DNA of 64,000 nucleotides from Pocillopora damicornis (Eukaryota): NCBI RefSeq assembly GCF_003704095.1, contig NW_020847110.1, positions 1 to 64,000 of the forward strand, read 5' to 3'. Shown piece by piece: positions 11,501 to 23,000 of this stretch (position 1 is its first letter; each line of letters starts with the position of its first letter). The notes under the pieces were generated by a model. It saw only the letters and a program-made list of their open reading frames with translations, ran no database searches and was not told where the DNA came from. The position numbers and the translations under genes were made by a program.

Positions 11501-13368
11501 ATGGAGCGAGCTTCAAACCAAAGCAGTCAAGAGATATTTGTATGGCATAAGGATGGCTACCTGGCCTATGGCATTGTCATGTTCTGCATCTTAACCATTG
11601 GTTTTGTTGGCAATATTTTAGCTCTTCTTGTACTGTACCAAAGAGAACATCGAAACCGAGTTATAACCCCCCTGATGGTCAACCTCGCGTTGGCAGATAT
11701 CTTTATAATCGTGTTTGGATATCCGATGGCAATCCAAACTAATCTCCGGGGGAAACTTCTGGATAGCAAAACTTGTGTTTGGTCTGGATTCGTAAACGGT
11801 GCTGTTGGTATATCGTCTATTATCACACTTACTGAAATGGTTCTAGTATCCTACGTCGGTTTGAAGCATGTACGCCCTACTGAACGACTGACAGGGCCGC
11901 AAATCGCATGTTTGATTTCCATGGCATGGATTTACGGAAGTCTCTGCATGCTTCCTCCTCTGTTAGGGTGGAATCGGTTTGTTCTTAACGCTTCTAAAAT
12001 AAGTTGCTGTCCTGACTGGACGGGGAAGTCATTTGCAGATACAACTTACAATATCTTCCTGGTTACGATGGGTTTCTTCATTCCTCTTACCGTCATGGCA
12101 GCCTGTTACTACAGAATTTACAGGTAAATCAGAAGGTCTTTTTTCCCCCATATTTTCTCTATTAAGCTCATTTTTTGGATGACTACTCTACTTTGGCACT
12201 CAGTCATTGACTCCTGTGGCCATTACTTGTGTTTTTGTACCGCTGGCAGTGCCCGTGGGCACCATAAAGCGAACCTAATAATTTTAGGAGCCGGAATGTC
12301 GGCGATAGGTTCGCAAAAAGCGGGAAAAGACAGTCAAAACAAGGGAAACATAAATGAATCTCACGGGGTTTTGTGTCATAAACACTACTGGCTTTCTTTC
12401 ACGGCTCTCAAAATAAAAATTTCATTCTTGATTCTTCTTTAAGTGAAATATTTTGCTATATAATAAGCTTTCTCGGTCAAGGTGGCAGAATATTAAACCG
12501 CTTTTTCTGCGTCTCGGTCCAGAAAAACGCAAAATAAGAACTCAGCCAATATCCAGCCATCTTGACCTCACGCTTGGGCAATGATGCACATAAATATTGC
12601 TTTAGTTATAGAGATGACAGTAACTTGATCATGCTTGCGACAGGTGATATTCTCGTCGTAAACTGCAAGGAGTTGATAGTATTGCTTTATAGAGGCAAAA
12701 GAGTCATAAATTGTCTTGCACCACTAAATAAATAAGATGTTTCCAGATATATGCGATCAGAATTCTGGCTTAATTTCGAATAAGAGTTGTTGTGGAAGGC
12801 GCTTTCTTGAGATATGGTATGAAGGGATTCTTTTCGTGGGTATACTGGTGTAAATTGTAAAATGTTTTTCTACTTTTTCAGGATTGTTCATCAAGCCATT
12901 GTTCCAGGAAATATTGCAGTACAACTGAGACAACGGAACTCTGAACTTAAAATAGTGCGCATGACAGCAATGGCCGTGACTGCTTTCGTACTCAGTTGGT
13001 CCCCTTATTGTTTCGTCAGCCTCATTGCAGTATTTACCCATAGACCTGTTTTAGCATCAGGGGAAGCGGAGGTTCCCGAGTTGTTAGCCAAAGCATCCGT
13101 GATCTACAACCCCATCGTGTATACTATCATGAACAGTAGATTTCGAGCAACACTTCTCCAAGTGCTGCGCTTGCGCAGGCGTCAAACTCCAGATAACCGC
13201 ATCGTAGTATTTCCAGCTCGTGAACGAAGTCGAAACGATCTTTTAAATCACGACAATGTGGAAACAGATAAGAATAAAAAAGAGGTTTACAAAGGACAAA
13301 AAGACCTACAAGTAACTTCCACTTTTGAAACAAGAGTTCAAAAAACTTTCATTGTCGAACAAATATAG
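11501..13368 (+). CDS. Opsin 2, ASO-II-like, ~369 aa, close paralog of opsin 1; coding exons 11501-12123 and 12882-13368
   Basis: Same motifs. Lys296 at 13090-13092 in PELLAKASVIYNPIVY. Intron AG|gtaaat...tttttcag|G. N-terminus nearly identical to opsin 1 (ASNQS.QE.F.WHKDGYLAYG). Confidence 0.95.
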
Positions 13369-14613
13369 AGACGATGATGTTACCACCAACAGAAAATCAG
13401 TCAAGTGCACTGTAACGCCACCATATTTCTGTTTGGTGGACAGTGAACGTTTTGCAAACTTTTATACGACAAATACAGGTGGTAGGTATTTTCCTCAATT
13501 CGGAAATCAGCGCTCTCTTTTTAATAAGATTCATCCAGATGTGATGAGATATATTATTACTGCTGAAATATCCAAAGGAAACAAAGAAGAGCAAAACCTA
13601 AGGAATTGTGCCTTGATGATGTAAAATTAGATTCTTATATATGATGTTATGATAACTTTAGGATATTCAGTAAGAAAAGTTAACATTAGACAACGAGATA
13701 TATCTTTGGTGCCGCGGTATCAGAATAATGAAACTCCTGTCGCCATACTCGCGGGCAACTGTTATAATCCACCCGAAAAACTGTGTTACATTTGCTGCTC
13801 GGGTGCATTCATTCAAAAAACGTAACAGTACAGACCTACGTATATACCCAAACCTATTTCGGCCGATAAACTTCGGTTTGCATTCCCAGAGTTTCAATTT
13901 CTGGTAATGATACCGTATATCATAGCTGACGGCTAACTTCAACGATCAACTTCAGATTAAACGAAATTGGACCGTTTGGTCCTATGGAAACAAAAGCACT
14001 CCAGTTGAAGAAAATCTCAAAAAGGTGGGCTTATCATACGAAATTAAAAAGTTGCTGCTATTTTTTAGTACCCCAAAGAAATTAAGCTGTTTGAAACGAG
14101 GAAAAATCCACTAACAGTTAATCAGTGACTTCAGGTTCTTTTTATTATTGGCGGCAAAATATTGAAATTACACTCGGAACGAGATCGAACAGGGTAACAC
14201 TCCTTCATACCTCTAAATATGAATATTTTGGCAACTTCACAAAAAGACTTGTCTGACAAACAACCTTCTCCCCCCCTCCACAATTTAAATCAACCACCAA
14301 TTTAGTAACACGCTGAAAAATCAAATTACGCCGGTAAAAGCAAACCTAACTAATTCAAATTAATGGACAAATAATCCTAGCAAAATGTCATATTAAGCTA
14401 TCGGTGTGTGCCCCATAATTTCTCAAATTCTACAATTTTCCTTTGGTCCATACGCCATCTTTTTTGATTTGTCCAAATTACAGTGTAATGACATATTGCA
14501 AACTAATGAAACAACTCGTAACCAAGCCCCTCTCGTTTCTAAAGTAGTCACAATCACGGAAAGCTACGCGGTGCGTGTGTTCTAACTTTCCCTTTGTCAA
14601 ACCATTTTATTTA

Positions 14614-15456
14614 TCAAGGGGCAAAAATACAATAAACAACATTTATGATTAGCATGATTTTTATATTTTTATGGGGCTCGGTGGTTTTGAGATCTCCATT
14701 TCTGTTACCGACGATGTCGTTTTTTGGGCCAAAAGCGGAAATCATATCATCCAAAGCTTTGAGAACTTGCTTTGTGGTTGGTTCGCCATCCCAGCAAACT
14801 CCGTCAAGGCCCACGCCTGTCAGTATGTCAGGGACATCGTTTACTAAAAAGCCTCCACTTACCATGAAAAATCCTTGAAGGTCGCATATCTGACGATAAT
14901 GGTTTTCCTTTGGATTCTCCATCATGTAACTCTTGATTTTTGACAGATCAGCGGCTGTTGTCGCTAATCCAGCTGTAATGGTGAAATTTTTTACGGCCTC
15001 AATCAGATCTTGTATTTTATTGTCAGAAATATGGTCTCGAACCTGCTTGAATTGTCCCTCTTTACGATCCACCCAGTGTTCAAGAAAACCAGTGCAGTTT
15101 AGACTAGATTCTTTTCCACATCTGACATCATCGATCGGAGGAGGCGATATCTGGACTATCGCAACTTTGCCTTCTTTATGGACTCTCTGCAAGTTATCGA
15201 TCTCTTCGTCAATAATTGTCGAGCAATTTTTCTCTCCGAACAATGGCCTCTGGCAGACAAGAAAGCCTACGCTGGATACACTCTTCATACGGCAAGCAAT
15301 CTTGTCTTCTCCTTCAGACGTCTCAGCGCAGAAAGTGTTGTAGTTAATGTTGGGCTTCACTTTATCGATCTCATCTCGGGCAGTCGCGAAGTCGTCTGCA
15401 AATGCCAAGGCTATCACGCCAGCAAAGAAACCCAAACCGAAGTAACATTTGTACAT
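14614..15456 (-). CDS. 280-aa secreted, probably GPI-anchored protein with an atypical kinase-like (HopBF1-like) domain
   Basis: Uninterrupted 843-nt ORF with signal peptide (cleavage AFA|DD after residue 20), hydrophobic C-terminal tail, 8 Cys in the domain and 3 N-glycosylation sequons. Kinase-type motifs EGEDK52, E85 helix, ICD192LQ-x6-G-x2-LVND207. The CDS is well supported; the family assignment comes from motif recall. Confidence 0.85.
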   Translation of the reverse strand: MYKCYFGLGFFAGVIALAFADDFATARDEIDKVKPNINYNTFCAETSEGEDKIACRMKSVSSVGFLVCQRPLFGEKNCSTIIDEEIDNLQRVHKEGKVAIVQISPPPIDDVRCGKESSLNCTGFLEHWVDRKEGQFKQVRDHISDNKIQDLIEAVKNFTITAGLATTAADLSKIKSYMMENPKENHYRQICDLQGFFMVSGGFLVNDVPDILTGVGLDGVCWDGEPTTKQVLKALDDMISAFGPKNDIVGNRNGDLKTTEPHKNIKIMLIINVVYCIFAP

Positions 15457-15482
15457 GATGTTTCTGAAGTGACTTGAATTGC

Positions 15483-15617
15483 CTGTTATATTAAGAGGTT
15501 ATTGAATTGCAAATTATTACAATGGCCTGAAATCCAATTTCAAGAGCAAGAACGAGAACTTACAGTAACAGCTCCAACAAATAAGAGTGAAAGCGAACTC
15601 GAACTGCAGTTACGTAC
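15483..15617 (-). other. Putative 5'-UTR intron of the kinase-like gene
   Basis: Minus-strand donor AG|GTACGT at 15617 and acceptor AATATAACAG at 15483, 26 nt upstream of the ATG. Confidence 0.45.
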
Positions 15618-16873
15618 CTTATCTTTGCTTCCGTTTGAAATCTTGTTGATCTCAGATTCTCAGAAATTAAAGTTTTGTTCGTAGACTTGCGTAATGACAT
15701 TGGAATGTTCATCCTGTTTTCCTTGAAACAAAAGGATGTTAAACAACGTTAGTTATTGCTGTAACTCCACACCAAATATATCCAATTACTTCTTCCTCGA
15801 TAAAATAGCGATTCACCAGCTTTCTCACAACAGTTAGCTTCCATTTCATTCAACACGCGATAAATTGGCAAAAAACGGGAGTCCTTTACCGTGGCTTATA
15901 GAAGGTCTATTATTTGAAGTCAAGCGTGATTTCCTGCTGTGATTGATGTTATTGCGCAAGACCAGAGTAAAGAACCATTACAATTATTTTTTGTAAACCA
16001 TGCTATTTTTCTTAATATGCATGCAAAGATTCAAAAGAAAGTTTGCAACGAAGTTATTGTATGATAAGTTCTGACATGACAAGCCAAATATCCCCTTCCT
16101 ACTTTTTTAACTTTTCTCTTGAGGTTATGGTTCGTTTTCACCAAAGATCATGTTTCACATGTTTCAATAGCTGGTTTCTTTGACTCCTATGGCACACAGT
16201 TATCAAAGATTCGGCGTTGATCAAAGACTCTCAGCTAATTTATCCAGAACGCAAATGATTTCGAAACCTGAACTGAAAAAGTTAAAGAAGTATTAGCAAT
16301 AACAAAATGGAAGAAAGAAAAGAAAGCACAAATAAAGCGGAAGCAATGAACAATAATGCCCCGAGGTGTTCAACACAGCTAGGAACAAGCTTTGGATTCG
16401 TTAAGGACACTGAGCGCATGGAAATTACTAGGTTTAACTAATTTTCATGTATATTGTTATGGATGCCCACGTGCACGTATTACTGACATCTCTCTTATTA
16501 GACGTTTTGGCGTGTAAGATCGCCAAATATTTTTACAAGTTATGCTTTTCTTTGAGGAGCCCTTAAGGTGAGTCAAAATACAAATAACGAGTAAAAATGC
16601 TCAACGATACTACGCATCAAAACGTCTAATAATTAATTTTTATCCTACTGCTTTATGTTCATTTCTTTTTAAGGTGGAAAAGTAGAAGTCAATAGAGAAT
16701 CGGATTGAGACAGGTCCTATGGAAGCCGTAATGGTGCAAAATTCAACCGATCAAATTGCTGCCAGCATCAACATTTATTATTAAGGTCAACGATAAAATT
16801 TGTCCAACTTTAACCGCTAATATCAATATCAACACTCCAAACACATTAAATCCAACAGCCAAAGTAACTCAAC

Positions 16874-17080
16874 ATCAACACAAATTCTCCTAGTCTGCAG
16901 CCCTTGCGAATCACGTCAAAACCAACACGGTATAAAAGCTTCAAGTTCAACAACTAAACACGTTCAACAATTTGGGTACGAGCGACTGGAAATGGCCGAG
17001 GGATATTGGGAGTTATATTTTTATCCCACTCTCACAGCAGTCGCCATATTTAACGAAGATATCACTCTCGAGCAGAGAGG
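16874..17080 (+). repeat. ~200-bp dispersed direct repeat, copy 2
   Basis: Matches 1313-1509 with a few substitutions and indels. Confidence 0.9.
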
Positions 17081-20000
17081 CATTTCGTCTGCGTATGCAT
17101 TTATTTACTGACGATCCAGATGTGCACATGAGACAACAAACCTTGAAGGTTAGTCTTATGATGTTGTATGTGGAGACGATCGTGAGCTATTCGTTACGAT
17201 AATAGAAGGTAGTTTAGAATTTGATCTTTTTTTACTTCAACTTTTCAACTTTGGAATAAAATTGCGTTAAGTTCGAGGTGACCCCCAAGCTTCAATCACT
17301 TCAAATAACGTCGTCTTTTCTTTCTCTTTGTAGTCACATAGAACACAAGGCTTTAAAAAAATGTTCCAACTTCAGGGCTGAGTCGCTCTTACAACGACCT
17401 TTGGCGATTTCGTTTTTGGGAAGTTGAGATGGATTTTCCAAGTCATGGCCCACAACTGTCTTTAGCCTTTTTGCTCTCCAAGTCTGTTGTACATGATATG
17501 TAGGCATGTGTCTTAACAACGGTTATAGTCTTGCCTCAATAATGTTCGGTTTTATCTTATTTGGTTGCTGTGTTTCGGTGAGAATTTTCCTAATTGCCTT
17601 TTTGAGCTTGAAGTGCTGACTAGAGGATAAACTTCGGCAGAACTTATTTATCACATGGGCCCCAAATCCCTCACCACTGTCAGTTCGTTGTCAAAAAGCA
17701 AAAGATTGTAAAAGCGAGTATTTTCTTGCGACAACTTCATGTTTCGAATATTTTATGTGTACGGAGATTTTATTTATTTATAGTTACATGTAATTTACTC
17801 TAAAGTTATGCCAGTGGGATAGATTGTAAATTAAAGAAAAATTTAAGCGACAGGCCAATTTCAGCTAAAAACACGTCGACAGAGCTGATATCTTTGTAAA
17901 CAGCGATTTGTTTATTTAGCACTCGAGAAAATAAACTAAAAAACTTTACCTAAAACGGTGGTTTGTTCACCTAACAATAAAAGCAGGGTAATTTTAAGTT
18001 AAAATTGATATATTTAAATGAGTCGAAACAGAAGTAGAGACCAAACACGTCGAGTTTTGTCCCAATAGCGTGTGACTTGCAATAGAAGTACAGCAAAGAA
18101 AATGGTTGAACTCCGTGAAAATGCACGCTATATATTTTGATCTGGCGCGCTCGCTTTTCACGGGCCATGAATAATATCTTTACATGATAAACACGAAGAA
18201 TTTCTCGTTGAAAAGGGCTCCTTTGTTTTATGTACATTCGTATACCCCCGATGTTATGGTCGTCTGAAATATGGCAAAATTCAGCGTACAAACGGAATAC
18301 AAAATATAGTGTACTTTACGCGGGTGGTTACAAACGAAAGAAAGTTTTGTTGGAGATGAAATATAGTTGGAAAGCTATTACAAGGGATGAAAAACAACTT
18401 ATAAAAAATTGAATCCAAGATTTTTCGTTGTCTTGTACGAGCGTTGTGAAAATGCACTGAAAGCCCGATAGAAATTATGCAAATTAGGTACATTTTGGCC
18501 GATTTCGAACTTGCGTAATTTTTGCCAAAATAAAAACTCGCTGGAACTTTTGAATATTACTTTTGAAAACAGTTCATAAGTTACATAAGCCCCCTGAACA
18601 AGAAACAAAGCTAACAACTACAAAATCATCAAAAGGGTAATTAATTGAATCCACCACTTCAATTAGGACTGACCCCAACCCACCACTGTTCTCTTAAAAA
18701 AATCTTCCTTCTCTTCTTCCCCCCCCCCGCCACAGGCGAGAAATAATGACTGCTCCCTTACCCCAGCCTAAGTTGCGGAGCGATATTGCTTGCGTGAGAT
18801 GAATGAAAATCCGGGGAATGTTAATAAGTTGAGAAGGGTCTCTAAACTTGCTTAAATCTAGAAGGACATATATATATATACACCAGTTTTTCCGTTGTTT
18901 TCTCACTCACTCAGTTTTATCGGAACAAAAAAAGAATGAGCTCACTTAGTTATCAGATCAGGCACTGAATTCAACTAAAATCAGCAAATCTGAGAATGTA
19001 AACAATTTTAAAGTCTTGTTTACAGGAAATAATCATTCCTTTCAATTCCACACTTCCTTTACTATGATGCTTATCACACCAAACTGGTTGATCTTAGCAA
19101 TGCATTCCCTGCGTATTATGGTATTATTCCTATTTTATTCCTGTCTTGATAAACCAAAAGAGAGTGGAGTACGATTAAGAGACGATCAAGATCAAGCAAG
19201 TTCGTTTACTTTTAAATTTTACTATCCAAGGACCTGTAAAAAAAGGTTTTCCTCGATCTCTTCCTCGATCTTGATTGACTTCGGCATTGAAATGCACGAA
19301 TCCTACGCGTCTGATTAAAAAGTAAAAAAATTAAAATTGAAAAGTTGTAACGTTTGATCGAGGAATGAGTGCACCGAATCAACCTTATTAAAAAAATTCT
19401 TAAAGCTGATTTTTTGGCAACAATCTGATTGAAGAATTTTTTTTTTTATCTGCACCCGCTGGTTTTTTTAAGTTTCCATATCTAAAGTAACACTTTTTCA
19501 ATTAGAGCAAAAGCAATGTTGAAGATGACAAATACAATGAAGAAATATTTTCTATAGACATCAGGGCCTGAGCTGTTAATGTTTTAGGGCGAAAATCACG
19601 AATTATTTATTCATTAATCGAGATATTGTTAAGTGGTTGGCTCAAGCGAAATAATGCATGTACATATGCATTTTCAGGGATTACTGACTATTATTACCTG
19701 TCAGGTTAAAAAAAGTTATCATTTGTGTGGAGAATTTGTGTGGATGGACTTAAGGAATAAGTGTGTTAACAGGCAACTCAAAGCCACTCAGGGTCGTGTT
19801 GTAATTGGGTCTATGCAACGACAAAGTGAATTTTACTTCTATCTTTGTGGAAAATATGGAGTCGTGTTTCAGCGAGGTGACGTTGTCCGAGGCATCGTGA
19901 TAACTGACGAAGTTTCCTTGTGTGTCACAAACCTGCTTCACCAGTCCCCAAAAATTACACTATACATGGGAAAACACTGAAAATATACCTTAACATTTAT

Positions 20001-23000
20001 GTGATAAACTAACGGATGGTTTAGAACGGTTATCTGCATGCAAACCGCGTAAGTGCTCTTCCTAAGGAGTAATTCTCTGGTGGATGGAAACAGCTTTTGG
20101 ACACATACACAATCTGAGATAACGAATGGCTCGAATGTCTAACGGCTTTAGCAACCAGAAACAAAAAGCCGAAGCTTACCAACGAAAGGAAACAGTGAAC
20201 ATGACAAAATTTGCCTTATTAGCTCGTAGATAATTTACATGAATTGAATTTGCATCAATGACAATAGCTACTCTGGCATGTCGAATAAATGCAAACCGCG
20301 CCGGATTTTCTATTTGTTCTTGTTTGTCCTGCCTTCCGTTTTATTCCTTTTTTAAATCCATTACATCCACATTTATTTGTCTTGATCTTGTGCTCTAGCG
20401 AACTGATAAAGGCATTGAAAGTTGCAGTTTTAATTTTCAAAACAGTGTCTCTTATTTGTCTGCATTTCGTGTTGTATCTCTTTGTTTTGAAAAAGTGAAT
20501 GGATAAATTAATGGAGATCTACGCGGTAATTCATCTCTTGTCAAAAAGTAGCAGAATGGCAGTCGAATCCAGTAGCGATTAACAAGTTTCATCTGGACTA
20601 GTCATTTTGTTCATTAATTGGTATGTAAACTTTTTGGACGTGGGGAATGGCGATGAAAAAGCAATAAGTGGGATTTTCGATTAAAAATCAGAGGAATCAA
20701 ATGGCTACGCTAAACTGAACTCTGATCCAAACCGCCTTTTATAATGCTAAACGAAGCATTATTGGATTATGATTGGTCTTGATGAAACAATTGTCAAGCT
20801 TTTAAGTTGGTAGCCTAGCCACGAGCTTGTTGATTCATATTGTCGAAGAGGGAGTGGGTGAGAACAGAATGAAAGGAAAAGAAAAAAAAAGTCTACCATA
20901 TTCGAAGCAGTTAGGGTACTATGTTACTATATTATTATTTGACCGTAAATTTTGTACAAATCACAATAAGACTGCCTGAAGTTACTTTTATGAAAATAAT
21001 ACAAAGCTGATTTATCCCAGAAAGCTTAAAAGAAAGGTGAAAAGCCTCCTGACTGAAGGAAAAGGAAGCACCTGCAGATTATTATTTTTCGCGAACGTTT
21101 TATAACAATCTACAATGCCAGGGATTCTACTTCAAGGGAAAAGTTAAACAGCAAATTACGAAGAATATTCAGAAAAGTTTGAGGTTATACGGAACCTTTC
21201 CAAACGGAAGAGCGAATTCATGAACCTCTATTTCTTAGCGCAAAAATAAACGGCTCCATCCTTCATTATAAGTTCTTATAATTAAAATAAAAAGTGATGA
21301 CGCATATTTCAAACTCCCATGTCACATCATTGAAGTGTAAAAGCTTAATTTTTTTCCCTTTTCTTGCCTTTGCATTTCTAATTTAAATGTGATCTACTAG
21401 TTTATAAGGTTTTCCCGAAATGCCTCTACGGGAAAACTAAGAAAAAATTCTGCATTTTATCCTAACGATGTCAACACGATTTCAGGAACAATGAGGAAGG
21501 ATAGCGTTTGTATAAAATGGTCTAACGAGATCATGAGTTAATGAACATAAGTTGTATTTTAGTAAATGAACACATGATAAATGGCTGCATCAAGGAGATT
21601 GGTTTCTAACCTCTCCCACTGAAGCCGGAATTCTAGGAAATGCGTGGGTAATTTTAATTTCCCTAAAGCCCGAGATGTATTTCTGCGGTTTAAATTGTTA
21701 CACGTAAGCTGTCTAATTAATTTTCACCGAAAAATGATAAAAAAAACACACCAATTTCACATATTCATCAGCATGATGACCAGTAAAGTGTGCGCCCTTC
21801 ACATCGACAGGGACGTAAAAGATGGCGAAGGTGGTCAGAGAAAACTTCCAGTAAGTAAGCATCATGTGCATGAGAACAGAACGCAGGGGTTTGGTCTTCG
21901 CACGAGTAGAAAAGGCATAGCACGTTTTTTGGGCTAATTACTTTAAAACAAGCATCTTCTGGTTGGGTGGTTGGATTGTATTGGAACGGAAGCAAATCGA
22001 CACAAAACACTCGCTTTTTATGGAAATATTTTGTTGATGTAAATCTTCAGTTCTTTCTGGAGAGATTGGCAGTTGAAACAGTTAGAGTGTTTACAGACTT
22101 TCTGACGCGGTTGAGGCGCGACGCTCTTGGAAATCAGGTCAGCAGGTAAGTCCCAACTTAAATCTCAAAATTTGTTTTTTTGTAAGTTTTACCCGACAGC
22201 TGAAACTATTCGAGTCATTACCTAATAAAATTTCGTGCAACCAATTGGATGTTCTGCATGTAAGCTTTTTGTAAGTACGCGTCTGTCCTACTGCTAAGTT
22301 TAACATAATGACAAGAGCTGCCGAAAAAAGTGCGTGGCTTATTCTGATGCTTGACTATGTCACCCTGTATGTCACTCGCTGTAGAAGTTAATTAAAGCCA
22401 GAGGTGAAATCAAACTCCAACATCTAATTCTTTATGAAACTATCATCTACCGGTTCTAAGCTATATTAATCGTTTTAGCTATTATTTTTGATATGCCTCT
22501 CTCTTTCTTCGTAAGGTACTTCCTACAAATGAGAGATAGAGATCTAGAGAGCCCGATTGGAAAGTGTTGTGAATTTTGACTTTTTAGTTTTTTGTAGAAA
22601 TCTTTTGGCATTAAATGCCAAGAAATTGCAAGGAATTTCAAGTGACCTTCAACAAAGTTAAGTACATAAAAAAAATGTTACCACGGATATATGTCGCAGA
22701 TAGGATATATCTCACTTTCAATCTCGTGTAAACTGATCCGCCGGTGTGGTGCAGTTTATTGTTTTTTGTTTTTGTTTTTTCTTTCATTCTATAAATACAT
22801 GGTTTGAGGGAGGAAACAAAACTAGTCGCTTATAATATTTTACTACTACGTTTAGAGATTTGTGAAGTTTTTACTATGCGTCAATCATGTGACGAGGTAT
22901 TCTTCGTACTCCAAACTTAATAAACCAAGATTTGAACAGGGATGAGACTTATGTGACTGGCATACGTATATATAATGCGATTTTTATTACAGCCATATCG

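Noticed and set aside
14645-15477. Plus-strand ORFs overlapping the kinase-like gene, and minus-strand ORFs over opsin exons
   Set aside because: They are antisense shadows of real coding sequence with no recognisable motifs.
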